NCBI RefSeq assembly: GCF_009834535.1
Contig: NC_045707.1
Span: 55,678,001 to 55,742,000 of the forward strand
Length of the DNA: 64,000 nucleotides
Reading direction: 5' to 3'
Source: Camelus ferus
Taxonomy: Eukaryota
Under the pieces are notes generated by a model. The model was given only the letters and a program-made list of their open reading frames with translations. It was not told the origin of the DNA and made no database searches. Both the position numbers and the translations under genes were made by a program. Positions 38,325 to 51,700 of the stretch are shown piece after piece; within the stretch, counting starts at the first letter, position 1, and each line of letters opens with the position of its first letter.

Positions 38325-38522
38325 GTGGCAGTAACAGCTAGTATCAAGTGCCTCCCTGTCTGGCACTGTGCCGCCCTTGTCACATGCAGTATTTCATGTC
38401 ATCTGACAACTGCCCTGTGGAGAAGGTACTTGTACAAATTGGAAAGCTGAGGTTCAACGCAAGCTCAGTACTAGCTAGGCTTATTAATACAATTCAGTCT
38501 GATCTGAGCCCTCTGCTCTTTC
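38325..38522 (-). mobile_element. MIR SINE
   Basis: TGGCACTGTGC..ACAACTGCCCTGTG..ACAAATTGGAAAGCTGAGGTTCA. Confidence 0.6.
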
Positions 38523-39639
38523 AGAGTATTCCAGCAACACAAACAGACTTGGGAGGTGGGGAAACAAATCTGAAGAAATGCACGTATATGGCTGCTGTCC
38601 AGTGAGAGCAGGAACTGAGTCCCTGTTGCTGTTCCCAGCACCTCCCTAGGGACATGGTAGCCATTTCCTAGACATTGTTAAATACGTAATAGTTTACCAG
38701 CATATTCTTATTTCCACTTTCATGTGGTGCCTTTTACATTCATCATGGTCAAAAACCAACAAGTGAAATAAATATAAAAGTATATATGTATATGCAGAGT
38801 TCTACATTTATCACAATAAGAAATGCCAACCTTTACAAAAGTAGACCTAAGAAAATATGAGCTTCCATATTTTTAAATGAAAATTAATTGGCCTTGGCTT
38901 CAAAATTGTCAGAGAAGGACGATGCATAAATATACAAAGCAGCAAAAAGAATAAAGAGTTATTGCCAATTACCTTGGAAGATTTTATTCTTGGCTAATTT
39001 CACCAAAATCATGTACCAGCTGGATTTATCATATAGGTGATCTTTCTGCTTTAGAGAGGAATAACTACTAGAAAAAGGTGCTTATGATTTGCATTCTCTT
39101 CAAAAATGAATTTCCCTTATCATGCTGTAATGGGGCAAAGATTAGATTTAAAAATAGAAATTTGCACTACTGAGGTTGAGGATGATTGTCATTTTTCCAC
39201 TGGGACTCCAAATTTCATTTTCAGAACTGAACAGAACATGTTCCAAGCCCCAATCTTTCTCATTCATGTATGCAGTAATATCGGTCTCTAAGCATAAACA
39301 GGAACTGAACAATGGAGAGCAAACAGTGGGTCTCTCCAACCTAAATAAAACACCACACAGCTGAATTATGTGTATGATCTCATTGCCAAGAATGAATAGG
39401 CTTAGGAGAAAGGGCGTGTGACAAGTAGAGATAAGTAAGGGGAAGAAAATAACTCCTCCACCCATATATTCAGCTGGGTCGGAGGACAGGAGAAACAGAA
39501 GATTCTCAGGCCTCTGTGAAATGACAGGGGTGCTGGCTAGTTCTGTGACATCCTTCTCGCCTCTTTCCCTGTCTTCATCATAGGAACTTTGTTCTGGATT
39601 CTGTGCAATATATTTAAGACAAAAACGAAAACCAAAAAC

Positions 39640-39870
39640 CATGGGGTTTAGAGGTAATCAAACCTGGTTAATCCAGGCTCTATCTACCACAAATATAACT
39701 TGACCTGAGGAAAGTAATTTCTCCAAAATTCAATTTCTTCACCTCTAGACTGAAGTTAGTACTTGTTTACAGTTTGTTGGGGGGATCTGAAATAATGATG
39801 TCAAATGTCCAGCTTTGACATAGAGTAAGTAGATGTTCCTAAATTGAATGAAACTGTTGCTGTTCTTGTT
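39640..39870 (+). mobile_element. MIR SINE
   Basis: AAACCTGGTTAATCCAGGCTCT..CAATTTCTTCACCTCTA..GACATAGAGTAAGT. Confidence 0.5.
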
Positions 39871-41056
39871 ATTAGTATTAAGAATATGGTACCAGTAGCA
39901 GCGTTAGTAGTAAACTATTTCGCTGGTAACATTAGAATGTACTATCCCTTTATTATGTAAAAATAAGACTGACAGAGCTGAATTAACCATGTTCCTCTCT
40001 TCCGCATTCCTGTATGAGAATTATGCAGTCAGAGCTTAGGGTTCATTCTTCTTAGACAATACCAATCCCTCAGTGTAGCTTGAAACTAACAGCTTAATCA
40101 CGTAGTTCAAGATCACTTCTCATGACTCTGTTCCAGGTAATGTGGTGCTGAAGCCAGTTTTCTAGGGGCTGACAGATGGGCTACATCATGTTCAAACCCA
40201 GCCGGGGCCACGCCCCAGTAGTTCACTCCTCAGCTGATAGAATGATAGTGATTATGAGCAAAAATCTCAAATTCACTTTTAATTCATAGCTTTTCTTAGA
40301 GCAAGCCTCAATATTTAAATCTGCAGAAAATCATAGCCAAAAATAAATTTAGGCATTGACTACTGCCTATTAAGTCTCTCAGTCACTGTTACTGCAGCTA
40401 AAGACTGAAACATTGGAAAATAATATCTATATTGCATGAAAGAACCCCGTGGGAGGAACGATTTTGATTAGAACTCAACACTCAAGTTCAGAAAGTAACA
40501 GAATGAAAGAAAATTCCCAACACACGTTATTGCAAAAGGCAACTTTTTTGTTTTACCAGTTGGACAGCACATCAGGTCATTAAAAGTTTGTTCCTCACAA
40601 GACTGTAAGGCTTGTAGACTCTTACTAGCCCTCTGCCTTTGCAAAACTGTGATAGACAGCACTTCCCACTGAATTAGAAACAATCTGAACTGACAGAAAC
40701 ATAGTCTCCTACACAGTCTCCTATGTTTTTCTTTATAATCGTTTCTTTCTGAATTAAACGATCAGTTTGAAGGATCTCAAAAAGGCATCCCTTTACTTTC
40801 CAATGTGTGTGATCTTAACTTGAACTTTATGTCACTTGAGGCCATGCAGAGTATAGCCCTGTTCAGATACCAGGAAGATGACAGCCCAGCTTTGCAATCT
40901 TCCTACAGCCAGTACTGGCTTTCTGTGAAAGAAGGTGGATAGTTCCCTTGCAATGTCCTCTGTTTCTCATTTGAATGTATTATTTAGTTCTATGTGCTAT
41001 TTATTTCTCTAGCTGCTTGATTCCTTTAAATGAGTCCTCAAACCAGGATCCCCAAA

Positions 41057-41262
41057 CGTCTCACTTGGGGCTAGCTTTGCTACCCAGGTTTTACTTGACG
41101 ATGTCTGGAGTTATTTTTGACTGTCACAACTAGGGGGTGCTACTGGCATCTACTGGGTGGAGCTCAGAAAAGCTGCTTAACATCCTACAATGCACAGGAC
41201 AGTCCTCCACAATAAATAATTATCAGACCACATATACCAATAGTGCCATTATTGAGAAATCC
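41057..41262. mobile_element. MER20 hAT MITE
   Basis: GATGTCTGGAG..TTTTGACTGTCACAACT..GGGTGCTACTGGCATCT..CTGCTTAACATCCTACAATGCACAGGACAG..AATAGTGCC..TTGAGAAATCC. Confidence 0.85.
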
Positions 41263-41291
41263 CACAAAAAGGAAGCAATGGATATTTTAAA

Positions 41292-41873
41292 TGTCAGGGA
41301 GAAAGAAACATTCCTCCACCTTTTTGAGTTCTTCTGGCTGGTCTATGAACTAATTTGACATGAGACAGATTAACAGGAGAAAAATCAAATAGAAGTTTTA
41401 CTAATATGTTTACATGAGAGAGACCCAGGAAACCTGAGTAACTCACCAAAATGGCCAAGACCCTCACTTTAAATACCATCTTCTGCTACGGACAAAAGAA
41501 GATGTTAGGGGTAGTGGTCTGGAATTTTAAAAAGGAGGAAGGCAATTCACAGGGTGATGGAAAAGCAAGTATTTGGTAAGTATTTGTTTACCAAATATTT
41601 GCTGGGCTGTGCAGACACAATGGGACACAGAGTGAACTCTGATCTCTAGGTCCTGTCCGTTTTCCCTACCATCCCTAGCCCATATTCTTTGTAATATCTC
41701 TGCTGATAGCTCTATTCTGGGGACAAGGTCCCTTATTAAAATTCTTTTAAGCAGTTAAGGGGGAGGTACCAAGAAAAACTTTCTGAGTCCTCTGTTTCTT
41801 AAAAATAATCAGCCTAAATGAATCCTCATATCTAAGAGACAATTTTTAGGGTGACAAATTTTGCTCCCCTATA
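41292..41873 (-). mobile_element. ERV1-type solo LTR (MER34-like), same family as the LTRs of the 51-58 kb provirus
   Basis: Reverse complement is colinear with 51266-51840; degenerate 4-bp TSD TAAA/TAAG. Confidence 0.85.
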
Positions 41874-43044
41874 TAAGCTATTTTTAGTAACATTTAAAAA
41901 TTTAATATGTGCTTATCTAAGATCACAATGCACAAGCTAACCAGAATCTAATTTTTTGTTCAGTTTTCAGTTGAATTCTTAATAAATCAGAGCAATGTTG
42001 CTCCTTTCATGCTCATGAGAAGCTCTGATAGGCAGCTGATTTGTATTATTATAATGGGAAATCAGTTGTTAATAAATGCAAACTAGCAATTTTTTTCAAT
42101 TTTGAAGGTCAATGGAGGAATGAACAGATGAGAGTCATACTGACTACTGATAAAGTCGATAATCACTGACATAGGTCTCAGTATCACAGAATATTTCATC
42201 TTACGTGAAAGGTAGTAATAGTTCTTTTGAAAAAAATTGATTTCCACAGTTCTTCTTTTATTCTGTCTTGAATTTCACGATAGTCCACATAGTAACAGTA
42301 CAACCTGTAGTTTCAGTTTTCATTATTTATCTCCCTGCTCACTTGTTACTAAGTGTATGGGTCTCTGTATGGAACTTTCAAACTTTGAAAGCATGTTCTC
42401 AGTTGTAAGTAAGAAAATCATTCTCTTAACCCAACCATTCTACTCTCCCATCTCTCTCTCCCTTTCACTAAACTTTTCAAAGGAAAACTCTTCTCTCTAC
42501 TCCTGTGGTTTGATTTGAATTCTGATCTAAAAGAACCACCCTGACCTATGTCAACAGCAATATTCCTCTGATGACTTATCAAGTTTACTTCCATCTCCAC
42601 CTGCCCTGACATGTAAAGTAGGCAAAGAGAAGTGAGAATGGTGAGGACAGCTGAACCATTTTTTAACCCTCACACATGTCCAGCAGCATTATGCTGTTTC
42701 CAAGTTAGAATCTGGGCGATATCTTTTCATCCCCACAGCCTATCCTCACCCTATTCCTGCTTAGACTTTGCTAAGTCCCTTTACTTCCTGTGAGCCATGT
42801 TTTTGTAAAGTCCTGAAAAACATACTTCTTTTTTGACATCCTGTTCTCTAGACTCTATAAGCTTCTGCTGCCTCTTAGAAGAGCAGAGTGGCCACCCTGC
42901 TCTCCAAAGATGCCATTCTAGAAGGCCTGCAATTTGGAGAGGCTCCGAATCAGCAAAGAACAATTTTTCTGAAGAGATGACAAAATTACATCATGATCAC
43001 TATCAAGAGTGCGGTTCCCAAAATACAAAGACCATGGGTTATAA

Positions 43045-43370
43045 ATTTTCATTAAATTATTTGATCAACTGCACACAGTGTGCCAGGACCCAGGTGAGGT
43101 GCTAGTGAAATAGACATGATCCTCCCTCAAAGGGCTTATATTCTGTTAGAGGAAACCTATGGGTAAGCAAATGATTGCTAATACAATGTGACACATGGTG
43201 TGCCAGACGTATACAACGAATATTGAAATATAACACATGCAATAGAAGCATAAAGGGACAGTAGTCAACCCTAGAGGAGTAGGAGAGGGGAAAGCTGGGA
43301 GAAAGGGAAACTGAAGTTGGGTCTTGAAATACTTCAAGCAGCAGTTTATCAAGCAAAGGGAAGAAGCCTT
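43045..43370 (-). mobile_element. L2 3' fragment
   Basis: GTGTGCCAGG..GTGAAATAGACATGATCCTCCCTCAAAGGGCTTATATTCT..AATACAATGTGA reversed L2. Confidence 0.6.
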
Positions 43371-44439
43371 TCATTTAAGCTTTCTCATTTCAAAAACTAG
43401 AAAACATTAAAACTAGAATACTTTTTTTCTCTTTCTTGCTAACAAAAGAGAAAAAGACTATGCTCATAACATCTTCCACCTAAAATTTTCTGTAATCCTA
43501 CACTATTCCCTCAATCTCTGTGTAAGATACAATTTACTCCCTAAGTAGAAGCTACCAGTGTCTCTGATGTCTCGCTCTCTTTTTCCTTCAGCTTTTTATA
43601 TCTGTCCCCATTTCCTCAACTGTATTTTCTCTGGACCCTTTCCTGACGACTACTCTTCAATTACCTAGAGACATCTTTCTCCATATCCAGCCATCTAACT
43701 GCTACCTCAGTAGCAAAATGCCTGATTGGGTACAACTTGATCTCCAGGGCACTTTTGCCCAGGGCACTTTGTCAGAAGAAATAAATTTAGTTTGAAGAGA
43801 CTTTTATTCTTTAGGTATTAATTCTACTTTCCTTTTACTACAATTGGGTCCATAGAGAGGCCCAATTTTCCAGCTGGATATTTGGTCTCTGCCTCAATAT
43901 TTGACATAGGAAATTTTCAGATAGAAGGAAGGCACAAAAACCTTAGTCAAGGCAAATTTTCACTCAGAAAATAAGATTTTATGGGAATAGCCCCGTTTAA
44001 ACCTTGCTTTTATTTTATAAACATAATCAAAAGTCACTTGAGCTTCCTTTGAAACTTTCTAGAGCTAATCCTTTTTCAGAGTCCCTCTGGTGCTTAAGCA
44101 AATGGTTAGCACTAATTGTTTCCCACCTTGGGGAAAACATTTGTTGTGGAAGAATTAACTAAATCTACAAAGCAGCTACATTCTTATTTTGGACTCCTAC
44201 CATCTCTAATCCCCACAACGTCCTGAGCCCGGTGCCCAGGCAGGTGTGGTATTTTTAGTATCCTTCCCCAAAATATCCTCTGAAAAGCAGTTTGTCTGAT
44301 TTGGAAATAATGTATTTGTTAAGTCGATTTTAGCAATAATAATAATCTCTTACTTTAAGTATCATGTATTTATACTATACACACACACATAAACACAAAT
44401 TTAAATTAAATGAGAGAAACATATAATAGCTTGCAAGGA

Positions 44440-44600
44440 AATTAAGAGAGTAATCTATCCTAGCCATGCTCTCATTTTATAGATAAAGCAACTGATTTCC
44501 AGAAACTCAAAAACTACTCAAAGTCATATAAGCTAGCTTGATGGCAGAACTAGATTGAACTGATACCAAGAACTCCTCATTTCTACTCCAAAGCCTTGTC
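44440..44600 (-). mobile_element. MIR SINE
   Basis: CTCATTTTATAGATAAAGCAACTGA..CTCAAAGTCATATAAGCTAG..GGCAGAACTAG. Confidence 0.65.
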
Positions 44601-45299
44601 CACATTCTGTATTTTATAATTAACTTGTGGGGTAGACAGAGTTAATTATGTTACCATCATTTTGCAGAGATGACAAAAACAAGTATGTGCTTTGAAGCTC
44701 TGGGAGACATCTGCAATGCAGGGATGATTAGATGAGAAAATGCTTATAAAGTACAGTGCCCCGAATACAACGTATTATCAGTAAATGTCAGCTTTTGTAG
44801 TTGCTACTCTCATAGCTGTTTTGCTGTTGAGGTAACAGTTTGTAGCGTTTATTGTCACTCACATGTCATAACTACTATAAAGATAGGTGCCAGAATTATT
44901 TATGATCAAATTATTTCATCCAGCATCTTGCGAGCCAGGGATTCTTAGCTTGGGGTCAATGAGCCTCAGGGTTTCATAAAATGTTTTAGGAAGTTTATAA
45001 ATGCCCAGAGATGTGTAGTAAATTTTTTGTGTCTGTATGTTTGGAATTTTTTTTTCCCCTTGGGGAGAGAAGTGATAGTTTTCATCAATTCTCAAGGTTT
45101 ATCCATATTGTTGAATGTATCAGTGTTTCATTCCTTTTAATTAGTGAATAATATTCCATTACAATTGACCTTTGAACAATGTGGGTTTGCACTACGTGCA
45201 ATTTCAAGAATAGGCAAACCAGGTAGCCAGCTCCACAGAAGGTTATTACCTGTAAAGAGGGGTGAAGGCACCCACTTGTGTATGCAAAATGATCTATTA

Positions 45300-46958
45300 G
45301 AGTGTCAAAAATATTAGAACCCCTTCTTATTTTTTAATTTAAAAATGAGAAAAAAACAATATTTACTGGAATTTAACTATTAATATGATTTCATGTTGAT
45401 GTCCTCACTCTGTCTATATCCAGATACATAATTCGGATAATTTCATGTCACATAGGATTGCTATCCCAAAGAAAGAGTAGAAGTTCCGTAACAGTGTGGC
45501 ATGATGGTCACACTCATGCTTTTGCTTTCAACAGAGAATATCACATTTTAGTGGACAGGTAACCAAGCAGCAGATTTACGTATTACATTATCCAGTTTTA
45601 AGTAAATTAATCCTCATTAAAGGAGTACATAACTGTAGAATATTTTTGTAAAAAAATCATGGGCTAATGATATGGGAAGGAGGTAAAACTGAGCAATAGA
45701 GAATGGCAGAACTAATTCTCCTAATCTCTAGTACCAGCTCCTCATCAGCTACGTTGAAAGATAAATCATGATTCTAATCAGATCAGACAAGAAGCTGCCA
45801 AAAATATTAAAATTATCTAGAAGGCTTTTAAATGTGAATTTATATATTATTTACAATGAACATTTTTACAGAGTATTTGTGACTCTAACAATGAGTGAGA
45901 AAGTATTTGGTTTCCAAAACAACTTCATGCTATGAAGAGAACACTGTGGAGAAAAGGTTTTTGGAAATACCTGTCCTTATATGAAGTTACTGCAAAAATA
46001 TGTGCATATCAATATTTAAAAAGAAAAGCTTATGTCTGTACACTTTCATTCAAAGAAATGGTTTTAGATATTTATGCCATTTGTGCAAAGTCTAGATTTT
46101 GTTTACAATTATAAATTTTTGACTCCCAGGGAAGATTAGAATTTGTAAGATGAATTCAGCCTACAAATCTTCGCAGAATGAACGGATGTAGTTTAAAAGT
46201 GAGTATCATGTTGCATTAGCTTTAGCGAACGAATTATTTCTTTCATTTTTCACATGTCTTTTTAAATCTTTTTCAAGCTTTGAGATATAATTGGCATACG
46301 TTATTGTATAAGCTTAAGGTGTACATCATGATGATTTGATACATAAATTGCAAAATGATTACCACAATAGGGTTAGTTAATACCTCCATCATTCACATAA
46401 TTACCCTCTTGTGTTCATGTATGCATGTGGTGAAAACATTTAAAATCTACTCTCTTAGAGGCTTCTAAGTATATAATACAGTATTATTTACTACCGTCAC
46501 TGTACTGTAGTTTAGATCCCTAGAACTTACTCATCTTATCACTGGAAGCTTGTACCCTGTGTTTCTCCCATTGAAAGGTCCTACTTCAGTGACAGCCATT
46601 AAAACCAAGAATCGAAATAAACTGAATTCAAAACCTGACTTTTAAATCACTTTGTCAAATGGTACCTAAACCAAGATGTTCAAAAATAAAGCACCTTAAA
46701 ATATAATATATCTTCTGAAATTTTATTAATAATCTTGGGTAAAAACAAAAAATGAGGTTTGTACTAATAATAAAAATGAATGAAATTATTTTAAAGTGTT
46801 TTTACTCTTCACTACTCTTTATTCTTTTAAATCTCTATTGTGAAAATTATATATAGTACTTTAGCAAGTAACTTATCAATAAATAATTTTAGATGTATTA
46901 AGAATATTCTCAAAATTTCTCATTAGAGTGTACCACTAAAAAAGTTTGTGAATCACTG
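45300..46958 (+). mobile_element. hAT-Charlie-like DNA transposon fossil, interrupted by L1
   Basis: ~46586-46642 translates SVTAIKTKNRNKLNSKPDF, resembling the hAT C-terminal dimerisation motif; terminus AAGTTTGTGAATCACTG at 46942-46958; left boundary uncertain. Confidence 0.55.
46250..46560 (-). mobile_element. L1 (L1MA-like) 3' UTR inserted in hAT fossil
   Basis: TTGAGATATAATTGGCATA..TAAGGTGTACATCATGATGATTTGATA..AGATCCCTAGAACTTACTCATCTTATCACTGGAAGCTTGTACCCT reversed L1 3' end. Confidence 0.85.
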
Positions 46959-47029
46959 TCATAAAGAATGTTGCACAACATACATTTATTACTCTCTGAA
47001 TGTGCTTTATGGTACACAATCATCTAATA

Positions 47030-47200
47030 AAGTGGAAATAGCCCAGCACTGAGTGACCTAGATTCTAATCCAATTTAAAAAGTTGTAAAACCCCAGGCAA
47101 GTCAACTTACCTCTCTGGGACATTTTTACCCACCTGCAAAATAAAATGGTTGGGCTAGCTGATCTCTAATGACCCATCTAACCCTCAAGTTCTACTTTCA
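47030..47200 (+). mobile_element. MIR3/MIR SINE
   Basis: GACCTAGATTCTAATCC..GGCAAGTCAACTTACCTCTCTGG..CACCTGCAAAAT..GATCTCTAATGACCC. Confidence 0.65.
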
Positions 47201-48099
47201 AGATGTTCTTCCTATAAGACTGTGAATTTACAGCTATGTTTTTATTTAATGATAATTAAATGATAATGTATCATAGAACAAGTGACTAATGATGACAAAG
47301 GACAAACAAAAAAGCAAAAACTAATTTTTAGAAGATGAATAAAATTCATATTAAATGCCAGATCTCAAGAGTATGATCAATCTGATTGATCAGTTTACAA
47401 GCACTATTTCCTGCCAATTGTTAGACATAGTGTTCTGCTTTTGGAGAGACACAAATGATCAACGTAACGCTATCCCTCTCAATTACACTCTACATAATAA
47501 TTTGTGAAGAAGTAATAGCAGCACTGATAGAAAGCTCCTATCATTGCTTCATTCTCATTTTACAATGGGGATTATGCTTTCTTTTTTTAAAGTAGAGTTA
47601 CATCCTAATAAGCAAAGGGAAAGAAATAAAGCAACGCATTTAGATGACTCCAACTAAAATGCATTAGAGGGTATTCTTGTTCCCGGGTTAAATGTAAAAG
47701 AAGCTTCATATATTATTTATCTACAGTTTATTTCAAAATTTCTGTTAACATATATCACTTCCCAAATCATACCTTTGGTTACAAAGCACTAAATGTACTA
47801 TTCTTTTGGCTTATTAATTTTTGCAGTCTTCCTACTGAGGGTGGTCAAAATAAGTAGATAGGACTACAGAAGTGTCAATCATAAAACACAATAAGCCTAA
47901 TTTACTATAGTTCGTATTTATACATACTCTAAAGTAAACATTCACCCCAAAATGCATGTGCTTCTGAGATGGTTTTAGAGAAACAATCTTGTAGATGTGA
48001 CTGAAAAACAGTTATTCTGATATACAATAATTTCTTGAGGAAAAAAATAACTCCCTCATTCACTGTAACTTCTTTAATCACCCATGAATAACAGATACT

Positions 48100-48700
48100 A
48101 CCTAACACCCACTCTACATTGTGCATTGTTGTAAATTTGGGCATTTATTATGAACAAGATAAAACTTCTATTCTCCAAAAGTTTCCATTCTCAAGAGAGA
48201 AATAAAGTTATTTAGCAAACAAATAATATAAATAATATAATTCTCAATAGGGAAGCATGCTCTAAGGAAAACTATAGCAAGGTTTTAAGAGTTAGAGTGG
48301 CTATAATGTAATGATAAAGGCCAGATTCTGATGAGGTGTTTGGAAGATTTAGTTGTGGAATAGATTAGAGAAGGAAGTGTGGAAATTCAAATGTTGTGGA
48401 GTTCCAGATGATATGAAAATCTATGGTCTGATCATGTAATGAAGAATAATATAGAAAAATAGAGCTTCCATGGTTTGGAATGGAATAACAAAGTCTGAAG
48501 GCATCAGATGGGCTAGCAACAGGAACAGTGAGCCACGCAAAAGAGGATGAAAAGAGAGATTAAGACAAGTAGCCAAATTCTTCATGTGTACGGCAGAGTA
48601 ATTTAAGTTAGAAAAGAGCCATGTTTAAAAGTAGGAGTGATGGCTGGACTCCATTAGACCAGAATAAAGAATGGGGTTTTCACAGAGAGAGAGAGAGAGA
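48100..48700 (-). mobile_element. L2 fragment, degenerate
   Basis: CACCCACTCTAC..ATGAACAAGATAAAAC..AAGTTTCCATTCT followed by purine-rich reversed L2-like sequence. Confidence 0.4.
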
Positions 48701-51700
48701 GAACAACAATAATCTTTCTATGATCACTCAAAAATATTTAAAACATGCTCAGCTGATCTAAAAATACAGTAAATCTAAAAAACATGGGCATGTAGGAGAA
48801 TGAGCAGCATTTAAATGAGTGTATAGATCAAGTGTCTTCAATGGACAAAGAAAACTAAGTTGAGGAGGAGAAAGGATGTCAGAAGCACTCCGTGAAGAAG
48901 TGAAACACAAACTGGAGCAACAAAAAGGGCTGGGTGAAAAGTTAGCACTGGAAGGACAAATCTCGGGTAGAGGAAAGCATAGAGCAGAATAAGGATTAAA
49001 GTTCTTGGCAGGATAATTAATCAGAGGGACTTCTACTTCATTGTGTCCATGAGTGACATAAATAATTAAGGAAATACCAAAATATAAAGTCAGTTCAAAT
49101 TATTAGACACAAGCAAACACACACATATAATATACAATGTGATATACAATGTAATACATATCAGACATACTCAGTGTTACGCATTTTTCTTCATAAGATG
49201 TTTAAGGCAGCTTCATTCACTCATTATTTCACGAACTGTACTATTTCAAGCATAATCAGCAATAGTCTGGCAAACATGAACACACAAAACTATCTGATAA
49301 CCTCAGGTTTCAGGGCAATTGTGCTAAAAACAATGACATAATCTAAGCATACATGTTAAAATAATAAAATAATTTGAGTTACCTCCCTTCTATGATCTGG
49401 TTCCCTTTATTGCTTCCTGATTGATTTAGTGGTTGAAGAGGCCTGAGGGTGTGCATTCGTTCACAGAAATCTAACTAATACAACTTTTACTAAGTCCCAA
49501 AGTTTGGAGTCTTACACTTGTGGTAGCAGATGCAGGATTGGCATGAGACTTTATACTGTTAACCCTAGCACATTAGTTTTATAATCATTTTCCCATTTTT
49601 TTCTATCATCTTCTATGAGTTCACAAGAACCCTTTCTGAGGGTCTAAATGGTATACAAATATAAATAACTACCCCACAGCCCAGATTAGCCATCCTGTGA
49701 CTAAAATATTTAACATGGTGCCTTCTACTTCCTGAGGCATTTATTATTTAGCAAGAGTCCATTATTAAGAAATTTCCATCTAAGTATTCATAGCTAATGT
49801 GTTTTAGTAATAGCAATCCTTTCCCCATCTCTGGTTATTAAGTTAAACCACATGACATGCTAAACCACTAGAGGTGAAAATCAGTTTGGAGCACTCTCAG
49901 AGGAACGAATAGATTCTCATCAGCAACCCACTCCACTAAAAATGCCATAAAAATGATCAGGATAAAATCTGACCTATACTGAGTAAGAAAAGAAAACAAA
50001 AGAAATGCAAACAAACTGTCAAACAACAGAAGAAATAAAATTGGTCATTTGGTCATTTCAGTCAAACACCACACAGTAAAACTGATAAACAGACTCAATT
50101 TGGGGGTAAAGTTTATCTTTCCAGTCACTGTGACTAGTCATTAATAATTTAAACCTGTATTTATGCTAATATTATCTATACAATATTGGTGATTGATATT
50201 ACAACCACTCCAAAAAGAAATTTCCAGAGGTTTAATATTTCTGGCAGGGGGAGAAATAGACAATTTACCACCACAGATGTTTGCTTTGCACATACCCCAA
50301 GTAAATAGCTTAAAACTAGGTTAGTGTAACAAGATAATTTTTTTTCATTCTCTTTTCTACCACTCAGTTTTCACTGAAAAAACTTCACAAGACACTCTTC
50401 CAATAAATATCTAAATAGTATACGAGCTCTTCAATTCGACACTATCACGCAGGCCATATAGGCTGTGGGGTTGTAAAGGAAATTTTATATCTTAAAAGAA
50501 TTCAGTGCTAATTAAATCAACATTGATGCTACACCCAGGAACAAAGATCGCAAAATGGGAGAAAGACATTTCCCAAGATCACTCCCTCCTCTCAAGCAGT
50601 TTCCACCACTCTGTTAGAAAATACATCATTCTTTTTGTTAACCACAGATAAATTCCTGGTCTTCCTCCTTGCTTGTTTTTCACCCTTTTATCCTATCTGG
50701 AGGGTTTGGTTTGTTTTTCCTGACAGCATTTGAGATTTCTAAGCTACTGTAGCGGTGCCAGCCCATACTGTGCACAGTAAATGAAGAAGAAACAATCTGG
50801 CTGTTGTTTTAACACTCTGCAATAGCAACTTGTTTCTTCTGCTTGATTTTTACCCCTGGACATCCAACAGAGCAATAATCAAGCCACCAAATGAAAGACA
50901 GTTTTCCCCTTCATCTTCCCCACATGTGAATTTGGCAATTTGAGATGGCTATTTACAATTCAAAGTAAAGTTTTGTTTTTTAATCATGCATTGGCGTTCT
51001 TTTACACAGTAAGAAAATGCTACCTTCCTCAGATTATTTTTCTTACTAAATTCTAGTAAGTCATTCCTTGGAATTTACGCCAACTGCAACACCAAAGAAC
51101 AAGGCTTTTTTGTTTTTTTTTCTTAAAATGGGCCCAAATGATAAGACTCTTGATCAAATTAATCTACAGTGCTAAACTTTACAGCAACTATCAGAGGGTA
51201 AGAACATCATCTCATTGTGTGAGTGCAACAAAAATATTTACTAAAAAGAGTAATTATTAAGCTTGTATATGGGAGCAAAATGTACCATCCAAAAAAAATG
51301 TTTCTCCTCTGCATGAGAATTAATTTATGCTGATTATTTTTAAAAAAAAAAACAGAAGACTCAGGAAGTTTTTCTTGTTACCTCCCTCTTAACTGCCTAA
51401 AAGAATTCAGATAAAGGGCCTGTTCCCAGGACAGAGCTATCAGCAGAGTTATCTGCAAAGAATATGGACTAAGTGTGGTGGGGGCCACTTGGTAGGGCCC
51501 AAAGACCAGAGTCCACTCTGTGTCCCATTGTCTCTACATGGTCCAGCAAACATTTGTTTAGCAAACACTTGCTTTTCCACCTCCACATGAATTTCCTTCC
51601 TCCCTTGTAAAGTCCCGAGCTACTACCCACAAAATCCTCCTTTGCCTGTACCTGAAGGTAGTCTTTAAGGTGAGGGTTTGGGCCATTTTGGCAAGTTTCT

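Noticed and set aside
43742..43772. Short direct duplication CCAGGGCACTTT x2 (and similar at 20838, 27688, 40703)
   Set aside because: Ordinary micro-duplications with no sign of function.
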